From a virus, in IMG/VR virus record IMGVR_UViG_2513237163_000001, positions 3,708 through 67,707 of that record: a stretch of 64,000 nt of DNA; one strand, written 5' to 3'. The notes beneath the pieces are model-generated. The model made no database searches. It worked only from the letters and a program-made list of their open reading frames with translations, and was not told where the DNA came from. Below are positions 38,055 to 46,055 of this stretch, piece after piece; position 1 is the first letter of the stretch, and every line of letters starts with the position of its first letter. A program made the position numbers and the translations under genes.

Positions 38055-38100
38055 AAATGAAAATGGCCCGGCGGCACCTTTCGGGTGCAGGCCGAGCCAT
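38055..38100 (-). terminator. Terminator upstream of lysis genes (tR'-like)
   Basis: Long GC stem ATGGCTCGGC..GCACC-CGAAA-GGTGC..GCCGGGCCAT followed by TTTCATTT. Confidence 0.5.
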
Positions 38101-38888
38101 CGAATAGACCGGGAGTGTGTGGAGGCTGCCACTCCCGAAGCAGCAATTCCGAGTCAGGGTGGAGGGACCGGCTCGAAAATTGGGCGCAACTTGGGCATCA
38201 GGGTAGATGCCACTGGCGTTTTGTCGTCGGCTGGGCGTGAAGCCCTAAGCGCCGATCATGTGCGAGTTATTTTACACAAGCTGTTCCTGTTATGTAGGGG
38301 AATCGTAATGTCAGTAACAACTTATTTCGCCTTTAACTTCAATGAGTTATACCCGTGGCGAGTAAAAGCCATGCGTATGGGGGGATCGCAAAAACACTAA
38401 CAGTTTATGTTATATAGTTAGGAAACCCATTGTGCAGCAATGGATTTTCTTGCTTAACAGGCCGTCATCAGGGCCTGCACCAACACGGGGAGGAATCTTG
38501 GAATCTGTTCTTTTTGCCGTCGCTTCGGCGCAACACTTGCACGCTGAGCTTGCGCCAGGCGGCACGGCAGTTGGTGGGCATCCTCCACCCCCTGTTGGGC
38601 GGGATTGGCACGTTGACAACCATGAGAAAATGAAAGTGCCTTGAAATTGGCTTGTGAATTAAGGAAATTTCACTACAGACCAAAACAAGGCTGTCAACGC
38701 AGACCCATTGCACACGTTGAATAGCTGGCACGAGTACGCCGGCGCTCGTGCTGCCATTAAGTGGGCGCATCAAGGTACTGGGCCATTGGTCCTGTCTAAA
38801 CCCTGGGGCATCTCAGGTGCGGTTCGCCGTGGTCGGAGTGGAGGCCGGCCACGGTTTGAGTCGCCCCGCCCCGCTCCCAAAAAGAAGA

Positions 38889-39122
38889 ATGGTGAAATCG
38901 AAAACTCAGCAGGCACTGGACTGGCTGTCCGTCAATCCAGGGCATTCGGCCTATGAGGCCGCAGCGCAATTCGGGCTCACGCCCACGGCCGTATACCGTG
39001 CACAGGCCAGGAAGAAGGGGAAGGTCATCTGCCCGTGCTGCGGGCAGGTGGTCCGCAAGGGGTTCGAGTTGAACCAGGCGCTTATTAAGACTCCGCGGGG
39101 TAGGCCGCCGAAGGACGGGTGA
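38889..39122 (+). CDS. Small HTH + CPCC Zn-knuckle protein (77 aa)
   Basis: SAYEAAAQFGLTPTAVYRA HTH-like; ICPCCGQ. Confidence 0.55.
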   Translation: MVKSKTQQALDWLSVNPGHSAYEAAAQFGLTPTAVYRAQARKKGKVICPCCGQVVRKGFELNQALIKTPRGRPPKDG

Positions 39123-39291
39123 TGGCGGCCCGCTCCGACACCGGAATCCACTCCGCCGCTGCGGGCTGGGGTGCGGCGCGCTCCAGCAGCGCATAGGCGG
39201 CGTCATACACGTATTGCTTGAGGTCGGATTGACCTTCCTTAACGGTGAATCCGTTGGCGAGGAAAATCTCGCGAATCTGGTCCTTGGTCAT
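39085..39291 (-). CDS. Accessory phage protein (68 aa)
   Basis: MTKDQIREIFLANGFTVKEGQSDLK; AAGGAGG SD, ATGA-coupled. Confidence 0.6.
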   Translation of the reverse strand: MTKDQIREIFLANGFTVKEGQSDLKQYVYDAAYALLERAAPQPAAAEWIPVSERAAITRPSAAYPAES

Positions 39292-39521
39292 GCTCCCTCC
39301 TTGCTGGCGCGACGCTTGCGCAGGATCTCAACCAAGCCCTCCCGGCCGATCTCAACGGCGCCGAGCTGCACTGCCAACGCCCGCTTGCTCTTGGCGATGT
39401 CGAAGTGCTCCTGGTGCGTGCCCGCCTTCTGGATCCACTTCCGGGCCACGCCGATCTTGTCAGCCGCGTTGAGGATCGCCGCGGCCAACATCTTCTCTGC
39501 TTCTGTCATTTCGATTTCCAT
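39288..39521 (-). CDS. Accessory phage protein (77 aa)
   Basis: Coupled ORF ending SKEGA. Confidence 0.5.
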   Translation of the reverse strand: MEIEMTEAEKMLAAAILNAADKIGVARKWIQKAGTHQEHFDIAKSKRALAVQLGAVEIGREGLVEILRKRRASKEGA

Positions 39522-39679
39522 TCCGGGTCCGGGTGCAGGCCGTCAGGCCCGTAGATAGCTTCCAGATCCATGCACTCAGCGCCGCAGTTCGGACAGTAGT
39601 GCGTGTCCGTGTGGATCTCGTCGCCTTGCCAGGCGCATTCCAGGCACTCCACTGTCGTGCCGGTACCGTTGTTGCTCAC
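39506..39679 (-). CDS. Zn-ribbon protein (57 aa)
   Basis: GTG at 39679; CLECAW..CPNCG. Confidence 0.5.
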   Translation of the reverse strand: MSNNGTGTTVECLECAWQGDEIHTDTHYCPNCGAECMDLEAIYGPDGLHPDPEWKSK

Positions 39680-40005
39680 GTCGGCACCCCCGGGGCGATC
39701 GGCATCCAGAACACGATGTCGTCCCACCCCCAGTCCTGCCCGTCGTTGTGCGGGTCGTCCCAGTAGCGGAACGCCTGGTGGGATTCCTCGTGGGTCGGCC
39801 GCTCCCACCGCAGCTCGCCGATGCGCACGTCGCCGTTGTTGAACATGATCAGCACCGGCTTCTCGCGGCCGCCAGTCGCCTCGAGCAACTTTCTCTCTCG
39901 GTACTCGCGCCACTGCGCGCGCGATCGCTCAGGATCGGATTCACGATACTTTCGTGTCGCCTGCCTGCGAGCTTCTTTTCGATCCCCCTCATAGACGCGC
40001 TTCAC
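39676..40005 (-). CDS. Accessory protein with DUF551-like C-terminus (109 aa)
   Basis: GTG at 40005 after AAGGAGG; ends DDIVFWMPIAP. Confidence 0.5.
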   Translation of the reverse strand: MKRVYEGDRKEARRQATRKYRESDPERSRAQWREYRERKLLEATGGREKPVLIMFNNGDVRIGELRWERPTHEESHQAFRYWDDPHNDGQDWGWDDIVFWMPIAPGVPT

Positions 40006-40082
40006 GCTCCCTCCTTGTTTTCGCGTAGGCACATCACCATGCGGCCGTAGCTGGCTTCCATGTCGTCCACATAGACGGCCAT
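40002..40082 (-). pseudogene. Truncated DUF4031-like gene remnant (26 codons)
   Basis: MAVYVDDMEASYGRMVMC is the typical DUF4031 N-terminus, cut off by a KEGA-stop junction. Confidence 0.5.
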
Positions 40083-40140
40083 CACGCGCCCTCCTTGCTT
40101 GCGCGCAGGGAGGCGTCGATGGGGTTTCGTTCTAGGATCA

Positions 40141-40785
40141 TCAATCCTCCTTTGGTTCGTCGGCAGGTATCCTGATCGCGCGCCGAGAACTTTGGGCGGC
40201 GATTTCAGCCTCGATGTTTGCCTCGATATGGTCGGCGGCGATGGAGGCGCTCGCACCACACGGCGCAAGCGGGATCACCCAGTCCGCGTATTTGGCGCCA
40301 TTCCGATTGATGTAGTCGCGGCGGAATGATTCATTGCCTTCAAACAGCCGAAGATCGTAGCTGCCCTCACCATCGAACACCGCCCACGCGAAAATCAAAT
40401 CCTCGCGCGGCTGCCCCACCATCCCGCGCGCTTGCGCCTGCGATGGCGCATCGAGACGTGCCGCATTGAAGCCGGCCCACCATGCTTTGCCATGCGACTC
40501 ATCCGCGTTGGCGTAGTCCATCTGGTCGGCGGCGATCGGGGCGGCGAGGATGGCTTTCAATGTGTTGACAACCACAGGCCATCCGGGCGGCTGAGTTTTC
40601 AGTACGGAGTCAATCGCGTCCTGTATGGCGCCTTTCTCCAGTTCGTCTAGTGCTCCCGCAGCCGGTGCGAGCGCGGCGCGGGCGATCCAAGCATCTCGGG
40701 CCGCATCCTTGCTCTGCTTGCTAAACCAGACCCACCGATCTGACCACGCATCAAACGCCTCGAGCTCAGTCTTCTGTTTTTCCAT
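40141..40785 (-). CDS. Mosaic accessory (Ead/Ea22-like) protein (214 aa)
   Basis: ATG 40785 with GGAGG SD; shares modules with 62106-63320. Confidence 0.6.
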   Translation of the reverse strand: MEKQKTELEAFDAWSDRWVWFSKQSKDAARDAWIARAALAPAAGALDELEKGAIQDAIDSVLKTQPPGWPVVVNTLKAILAAPIAADQMDYANADESHGKAWWAGFNAARLDAPSQAQARGMVGQPREDLIFAWAVFDGEGSYDLRLFEGNESFRRDYINRNGAKYADWVIPLAPCGASASIAADHIEANIEAEIAAQSSRRAIRIPADEPKED

Positions 40786-40786
40786 T

Positions 40787-40924
40787 TCACACTCCTCCAA
40801 TAGCCGGGATGCCGTCAACCTTGCCGATGTCAGCGAACAGGTTGATGGGGCCATTCCACGTTTCGTGAATTTCGACATTCAGTGCAGCCATTGCCGCCCG
40901 CCATTGTTTGTAGAGTTCTAGCAT
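40787..40924 (-). CDS. Hypothetical protein (45 aa)
   Basis: MLELYKQW; fits operon spacing. Confidence 0.4.
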   Translation of the reverse strand: MLELYKQWRAAMAALNVEIHETWNGPINLFADIGKVDGIPAIGGV

Positions 40925-40967
40925 GGCTGTCCCTGGGTTTCTGCCCGCCGGAGCGAGCGGGTTGTGG

Positions 40968-41117
40968 TCAGACGAGAAAGCTAAAGCCGCGCGCCAGTTC
41001 GTCAAAAACTGCGCCGTACATTTCATAGCAACGGCGATACATGGCTTTCGTTACCGGGTCCAGCGAACCCCGACGTGCCAGCAACATGCTGTAACGCTTG
41101 GCTAGTACTTTGCTCAT
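40968..41117 (-). CDS. Hypothetical protein (49 aa)
   Basis: MSKVLAKRYSMLL; GGGGA SD in duplicated leader; not in ORF track. Confidence 0.5.
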   Translation of the reverse strand: MSKVLAKRYSMLLARRGSLDPVTKAMYRRCYEMYGAVFDELARGFSFLV

Positions 41118-41148
41118 TTCTCAATCCCCCGTGCGTGTTGCGTTGTGG

Positions 41149-41406
41149 TTAGGCGCGAGCAGTGAGGATTTGCACCGGGACATTCCACGTGTCGCGCCAT
41201 TCGTTGCGCATGAGGTGCGCGGCGATGCCGCCTGCCGGCACATGTTCCGGAGCGTCAAGCGGACCGCCCATGCTGAAGAAATGGGAACCCTCGTCGACGA
41301 ACGTTTCGTCAAGGTGGCGAAGGCGATTTGCAGCATAGCCAGTACCCTTGATCGATTCGGCACGACGCGCGTGCACTTGCTTTACTGTTGCCAGAAGTTG
41401 CGCCAT
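41149..41406 (-). CDS. Hypothetical protein (85 aa)
   Basis: First gene after promoter; AGGGGA SD. Confidence 0.55.
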   Translation of the reverse strand: MAQLLATVKQVHARRAESIKGTGYAANRLRHLDETFVDEGSHFFSMGGPLDAPEHVPAGGIAAHLMRNEWRDTWNVPVQILTARA

Positions 41407-41444
41407 TTCTCTATCCCCTTTGCGTGTTGCGTTGTGACAGGGGA

Positions 41445-41499
41445 ATCGTAGCCAGCATTTGGCATCGATGCAAGAAATACTTATGCGTGGTAAGTATTT
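41445..41499 (-). promoter_or_regulatory. Sigma70 promoter with operator
   Basis: -35 TTGCAT (41473-41468), 17 bp, -10 TACGAT (41450-41445); palindrome AAATACTTA-N7-TAAGTATTT at 41475-41499. Confidence 0.75.
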
Positions 41500-41500
41500 T

Positions 41501-42016
41501 TTAACTTACCCGCCCCCGCACCTTAGTCCGGACGGCATCCTCCGCCACCCTCTCGATGTTCTCCAGCGCGCCGATGATCTCCGCGATTTCTCGGCCGTGC
41601 TGGAGGGGCAAGGGGCGCTTCCCGGTGCCGTGGCAGGGCCGGCAGATCTTGTCCGACAGGCGCTGGGTGCCGGGGAATAAGTCAAACTTCCGCCCGAAGC
41701 AGTGCGGGCACACCGGGCAGATGTAGTATTTCAGGGCCGTGCCCGAGATCCGGATCAGGTCGCGGACCTTCAGCTTCCACCTGCGCTTCAGATTCAGGTG
41801 CCGGGCGACCGCCACAGCGGCGCGCTCGGCTTCCTTGTACGCCGCTGGGTTCTGCGCCAGGTGCAGGTTCACCATGGCGCTCGCCGCGGAGTTGGCCCTC
41901 GCAGTCATTCCAAGGGCGATGATGTAGTCGACATCGCTTGTCCCGCGCTTGATGCTCAGGTCGCGCGAGCCCATGGCCGTGGCCAGTCGTTCAAGGGTAT
42001 TGGGAGCGTCGATCAT
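41501..42016 (-). CDS. Q-like late antiterminator (171 aa)
   Basis: End of nin-like region; CPHCFG..CRPCHGTG Zn motif. Confidence 0.6.
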   Translation of the reverse strand: MIDAPNTLERLATAMGSRDLSIKRGTSDVDYIIALGMTARANSAASAMVNLHLAQNPAAYKEAERAAVAVARHLNLKRRWKLKVRDLIRISGTALKYYICPVCPHCFGRKFDLFPGTQRLSDKICRPCHGTGKRPLPLQHGREIAEIIGALENIERVAEDAVRTKVRGRVS

Positions 42017-42180
42017 GCCTTTTTCGTCTTTGGCTTGGTGACTTCGGAAATTCGGCCCTCGGCCGTGGTGTAGCGCGCTTGGCAACTGCAGCACTCGCGG
42101 CGCCGGATGATGCGGTTCTTCACTGGATGCGGGCGGGAGTTGACGACGCGAGTTTCGCCGCCGCAGGCTGGGCACCTCAT
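42013..42180 (-). CDS. NrdR-N-like Zn-ribbon protein (55 aa)
   Basis: MRCPACGGETRVVNSR..IRRRECCSCQARYTTAE; ATGA-coupled both sides; missed by ORF track. Confidence 0.7.
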   Translation of the reverse strand: MRCPACGGETRVVNSRPHPVKNRIIRRRECCSCQARYTTAEGRISEVTKPKTKKA

Positions 42181-42602
42181 CGGGCAACTCGCTTCCCGGT
42201 TTCCCGGATCTCGATGCCGCGCAAGACTTTCATCATGTGGCGCTTCTGGCGGTACCCTTCCGTCACGAAGCCCTTAAAGTCTTCAATGACCTCCGCGCCG
42301 GCCTCCAGATAGACGAAATCCGCGACGTAGAAGCAAGGGCGGATCGTCTTTCCATTGATGGTCGTACCCGGCAGCAGCTCGAATGGCACTTGGCAGCGCA
42401 GGTTCTCGATGAGCCCGGCCCGCTCCAGGTGGCGCAACTCAACGTAGCGCGCGGCCTCGCCCTGGCTGTCAAAGGTGCGCCCATCCACGGCGGTCTTCTT
42501 GGCGCCGTATTTGTTCCGGCGCTCGCGCACCACCGAGGCGCCGTCGACCTGCTGCAGGCGCTGGGCGATTTCGGCGGCTTGTTTGCGGCTCCAGCGCGCC
42601 AT
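42177..42602 (-). CDS. DUF1064 / VRR-NUC-like endonuclease
   Basis: NKYGAKKT.VDGRTFDS..E..RY..YVADFVY..IEDFKG. Confidence 0.85.
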   Translation of the reverse strand: MARWSRKQAAEIAQRLQQVDGASVVRERRNKYGAKKTAVDGRTFDSQGEAARYVELRHLERAGLIENLRCQVPFELLPGTTINGKTIRPCFYVADFVYLEAGAEVIEDFKGFVTEGYRQKRHMMKVLRGIEIRETGKRVAR

Positions 42603-42859
42603 CAGGCTTGATCCCCGGACATCGCGGCCAGGCGCTGCGCTGCGGCCTGCAGCCGGGCATTGAACCAGCGGCGAATCACGTAGGAGCGCGTGATCGAGAT
42701 GGCCGTGTAAATCAGCCCCATCAGGAAGTTCGCACCCGGCGATATATGCATGCCAAACAACGGGAAAATCAGAAAATTGGCCGTGAAATTGACGCCGAAA
42801 CCAATCACGACGTTGATGACGGCCTCATAGAGCGAGCCAAGGCGGGTCTGCGTCATCAC
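42602..42859 (-). CDS. Small two-TM phage membrane protein
   Basis: MTQTRLGSLYEAVINVVIG..SITRSYVIRRWFN. Confidence 0.7.
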   Translation of the reverse strand: MMTQTRLGSLYEAVINVVIGFGVNFTANFLIFPLFGMHISPGANFLMGLIYTAISITRSYVIRRWFNARLQAAAQRLAAMSGDQA

Positions 42860-43452
42860 TGGCCCTCCGCGCGACCGTCCGCGATGGTGTGGGGCCGCTG
42901 CGCGATGTGCTTGTACTTCTCGCGCAGATCCGCCATCGTCGCCTGGACGAACTCATAGGTGTCACGCACCCCAACGATTGGCGGGCGGTCGTCGGTGAGC
43001 TTGCCGGCGGCCTTGGCATCCAGCAGGATCGCCGCGCAGGCCATGATGTTGCCGAGATGGTGCGTGCCGTCCACTGGATCCGTTTCCTCGCCGCTCATGT
43101 AGGCGTCCAGGTGGCGCTGCATGGCCGACAGATAGACCGAGTTGCGCACGCCGGCCGCGCGCCAGTTCCAGGCTTGGTACTTGCACATGCCGGCGAACTG
43201 GGCCAGCGCCCAATGGGCCTTGGCGATCGGCGAGAGCAGCCACAGCGGCACCTTCTTGTCGCCGATGGCGTCCTTCGGGTTGGTGTCCTTGGTGGCGCCG
43301 GGCTCGGCCACGGTGAAGCCGGCGCTCTGGAGGGCCTTCTCCGCGCCATCGAGAACTGGCAGGAGCGCCGCCTCCTCGGCCGCGCGCGTGCTGCGCCGGA
43401 ATTCCTCATCCACCCGCGCCCATTCCCGATTGGCTGCGCTCGCTGTCGTCAT
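42856..43452 (-). CDS. dATP/dGTP diphosphohydrolase-domain protein (DUF5664-like)
   Basis: TNPKDAIGDKK..GMCKY..WNWR..AMQRHL..DPVDGTHHLG..AC.AILLD. Confidence 0.8.
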   Translation of the reverse strand: MTTASAANREWARVDEEFRRSTRAAEEAALLPVLDGAEKALQSAGFTVAEPGATKDTNPKDAIGDKKVPLWLLSPIAKAHWALAQFAGMCKYQAWNWRAAGVRNSVYLSAMQRHLDAYMSGEETDPVDGTHHLGNIMACAAILLDAKAAGKLTDDRPPIVGVRDTYEFVQATMADLREKYKHIAQRPHTIADGRAEGQ

Positions 43453-43455
43453 GGC

Positions 43456-43758
43456 TCAGCCCTCCGCCTTGGACTTGCGCAGGGCGAACCCCACGAACTC
43501 GCGCACGCGCTTGCCCGGCGAGAACTTCACCACCTTGCGGGCCGCGATCTCGATGCGCTCCATCGTCTTGGGGTTGTGCCCCACGCGCGGCTTGCGCTCG
43601 ACCACCTCCAGCACGCCCATGGCGTAGAGCCGGACCTGGCCGTTGTTGGCGATCTCTTCCTCCGCCACGTCGACGTAGGCGGTCAGCATGCGCTTGGCCA
43701 CGGTCTTGGTTACGCCAGTGCGCTCGGCGATGCGTTCAATCCAGTCATTGCGCTGCAT
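43456..43758 (-). CDS. hup: HU/IHF-family DNA-binding protein
   Basis: RKPRVGHNPKTMERIEIAARKVVKFSPGK. Confidence 0.9.
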   Translation of the reverse strand: MQRNDWIERIAERTGVTKTVAKRMLTAYVDVAEEEIANNGQVRLYAMGVLEVVERKPRVGHNPKTMERIEIAARKVVKFSPGKRVREFVGFALRKSKAEG

Positions 43759-43782
43759 AGTGCTCCTACTGCCTCTCGAAAA

Positions 43783-43854
43783 TTAATCTTTGCGGGCCGG
43801 CGCGCTCCACCGGACCCCGCGTTCAGCGCCAAAGGCGAAGATGAGTTCGCGCAC
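43783..43854 (-). pseudogene. Stranded original 3' end of ninB
   Basis: VRELIFAFGAERGVRWSAPARKD-stop immediately downstream of the HNH gene; typical NinB C-terminus. Confidence 0.65.
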
Positions 43855-43856
43855 AC

Positions 43857-44426
43857 TCAAAGCAGAAACCCCCGCTCTTGCATGAAATCGATCGGGTGTT
43901 TCGCATACTTCGATTGATTGCATGGCTTACACAACAGTTGCGCGTTATCGTCAGAATTTTCACCCCCTAGCGCGAGAGGGATTATGTGGTCGAGATGCAT
44001 ATCTGAAATCTTGAACTTCTCCCGACAGCATGCGCAATGACCACCTTGCAGATCAAACAGCTTTTTCTTAATTCCGGGAGATAGCTTCCCGCCGTTCTGC
44101 CGCTTCCTTGCCCTTCTGTTGTGCTCGTACTCTGCCCTCTTGTCTGGGTTCGCTGCGAACCATGCGCGAGACTGCTCTCTCGCCAAATCCGGGTTCGCCG
44201 CCCTCCGTCTCGCGTTCTGCTCCTTTGCTTTCCCGGGGTTCCTCGCACGATAATCCGCCGAACGCTGGGCCTTTATCCGCAAAAACTCAGGATCCGAGGA
44301 CTTTCTTTTATATGCCTCTGCTTGTTGCGCGAGCAGCCTCTCCTTGTTTTCAAGATAACGCTGCCGCGAGCGCGCGTTCTTTCTCGCCCGCAACTCTTCT
44401 TCAGAGAATATTTTTGGTGTAGGCAT
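43857..44426 (-). CDS. HNH homing endonuclease
   Basis: CACC..HLDHIIPLALGGENSDDNAQLLCKPCNQSK; AT-richer than flanks. Confidence 0.9.
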   Translation of the reverse strand: MPTPKIFSEEELRARKNARSRQRYLENKERLLAQQAEAYKRKSSDPEFLRIKAQRSADYRARNPGKAKEQNARRRAANPDLAREQSRAWFAANPDKRAEYEHNRRARKRQNGGKLSPGIKKKLFDLQGGHCACCREKFKISDMHLDHIIPLALGGENSDDNAQLLCKPCNQSKYAKHPIDFMQERGFLL

Positions 44427-44811
44427 GAAGAGGAACCCCTTTATCTACGCAAAAGACTAACGAGTACTCTATAAGACTTGCCCCGCGCTTTTTGCTCATC
44501 AGTGCGGTACTTTCCCGGATATTTACAAACTCCCCTTCTAACCCTGGGACTATTTCCGCTTGCTCCTTTGTCGCGATTGCGTGGCCCGACACAAGGAGCA
44601 CCTTCCATTGCGCAGCATTTCTCCGCCTTCCCGCCCACTCAACATCAGATTTCCCCAAGTCGGAGCAGATCGCATGAAACTTGGCGTTCTGGTCTAAGCT
44701 GCGCGTCGGCTCGGCGACGGTCACGACATAGCCCTCAGGCGCAGCCTTGACGGCCTGCACTGCGCCGGCGCGGGCCTGCGGGTGGACCAAGCGGAAGAGT
44801 TGCTTGTTCAT
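44401..44811 (-). CDS. ninB: NinB/Orf-family recombination protein (136 aa)
   Basis: TRSLDQNAKFHA..QWKVLL..VPGLEGEFV..STALMSK. Confidence 0.85.
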   Translation of the reverse strand: MNKQLFRLVHPQARAGAVQAVKAAPEGYVVTVAEPTRSLDQNAKFHAICSDLGKSDVEWAGRRRNAAQWKVLLVSGHAIATKEQAEIVPGLEGEFVNIRESTALMSKKRGASLIEYSLVFCVDKGVPLHAYTKNIL

Positions 44812-45023
44812 GCCATCGCTCCCGCCGTCCACGGCCACTTGTCCCACTCCCTGACGTAGCCGAACAGCCAGTTGCGGTGATGATTGCCGCCGTCCGAGTA
44901 CGGGCAAAAGGCGATCCCGGTCTTGCAGGCGAGCGTAAATGCATCCCTGCCCTTAAAGCCGATCGCCGCTACCGGGCCGCCGGGGCCAGGACGGAACTTC
45001 ACCAAAACCTGTGGCTCGCTCAT
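44808..45023 (-). CDS. Hypothetical protein (71 aa)
   Basis: ATGA-coupled chain. Confidence 0.5.
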   Translation of the reverse strand: MSEPQVLVKFRPGPGGPVAAIGFKGRDAFTLACKTGIAFCPYSDGGNHHRNWLFGYVREWDKWPWTAGAMA

Positions 45024-45160
45024 CCCCGCGCCCTCTTCGCGCGCCGCACCCGCCGACCCACCGCCGCGCGCCACTGGCGCCAGAACCACAGCGCCGCGGC
45101 GAAGCTCATGCCCGCCGGCAGCAGCAAGGAAAGCACTGCCAATGTCTGCAGCAAGGTCAT
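45020..45160 (-). CDS. Small membrane protein (46 aa)
   Basis: MTLLQTLAVLSLLLPAGMSFAAALWFW; GAGGAGG SD. Confidence 0.5.
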   Translation of the reverse strand: MTLLQTLAVLSLLLPAGMSFAAALWFWRQWRAAVGRRVRRAKRARG

Positions 45161-45816
45161 GCGGTTACCTCCTCGTGCTGTTCGTTGTGGACTGGCGCGC
45201 AGCCTGAGGAGCGAGCGAGCCTAAACGCCTCCTCAGGACTTCTACCCTCTCGTCGCAATCGCCGGTGCGCGCTGTAGTAATCCAATCCCAACTCCTCGCA
45301 CCACTCCACGAGCAGCCTTGTCCTTCCCATGTAGGTAACGCTGATCGTGTTTCGGCGGTTCCGCGTCTGCGTGGTCGGGGTAGCCCACTCGCAGTTTTCC
45401 GGGGAGTAGGGGCCATTCACCTCACGACGCTCAAGCGTAAGCCCCGATGGCTTTTCGCCCATATCAGCAAGGAAGTTCTCGAAGGAATTCATCCACCGAT
45501 CGCACATCGTGATGCCGCGGCCGCCATACTCGGTGTAACTCTTATCGACTTGGCAGGTGCACCGCCTTTTGGCACCCTGCCAGGACTTATATGTGGCAGT
45601 TCCGGTCATGTAGTGAGTTGCGTTACGAGCGCCATTTCGAGTGGCTTTTTCCCTCTTCAAACAACCGCAACTTTTGGTGTTTCCGGACGCAACTGATCTT
45701 TGGAGGATGCGCTTGAGCGTCCCGCACGAACACCGGCAGACCGCATACTTGCCCTCGATTTCAGTTACCTCCAGACGGCCATAGAGCTTGCCCACCTGAA
45801 TCCCGTTACAGTTCAT
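45157..45816 (-). CDS. HNH homing endonuclease (YGGRGI type, 219 aa)
   Basis: CRCSCG..SCGC..YGGRGITMCDRW..FENFLADMG..TLER..NGPYSPENCEWAT. Confidence 0.9.
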   Translation of the reverse strand: MNCNGIQVGKLYGRLEVTEIEGKYAVCRCSCGTLKRILQRSVASGNTKSCGCLKREKATRNGARNATHYMTGTATYKSWQGAKRRCTCQVDKSYTEYGGRGITMCDRWMNSFENFLADMGEKPSGLTLERREVNGPYSPENCEWATPTTQTRNRRNTISVTYMGRTRLLVEWCEELGLDYYSAHRRLRREGRSPEEAFRLARSSGCAPVHNEQHEEVTA

Positions 45817-46055
45817 GTCGCGTTGCTCCTTATCCAATCCCGCCGGGCCGCCGCTTGGTCCGCGGCGATCGGCGCGTGCTTGTCGCAGTTGCGCGCCTGT
45901 TCCGCCGGCTCCCAGTGCAGCGCCAGGGTTTCCTTCGCGCACCTCCCCATGCCGATGCGCGCGTGGGCTACGTCGCTCGCTCGGTAGTGCGCCTCACCCT
46001 CGGCCGTGCGGGGCTTTAGGGTGAAGTGCTGGCAGGAGATGCAGGTGACTGTCAT
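45813..46055 (-). CDS. Cys-containing hypothetical protein (80 aa)
   Basis: MTVTCISCQHF..GRC..RNC. Confidence 0.55.
   Translation of the reverse strand: MTVTCISCQHFTLKPRTAEGEAHYRASDVAHARIGMGRCAKETLALHWEPAEQARNCDKHAPIAADQAAARRDWIRSNAT

Noticed and set aside
38100-38880. Short ORFs and a late promoter in the AT-rich gap upstream of the lysis genes
   Set aside because: No ORF with a recognisable motif and no convincing -35/-10 pair by eye; a Q-dependent promoter is expected here but could not be placed.
42856-43452. Z-genome (2-aminoadenine) pathway
   Set aside because: PurZ and DatZ are not seen in the window.
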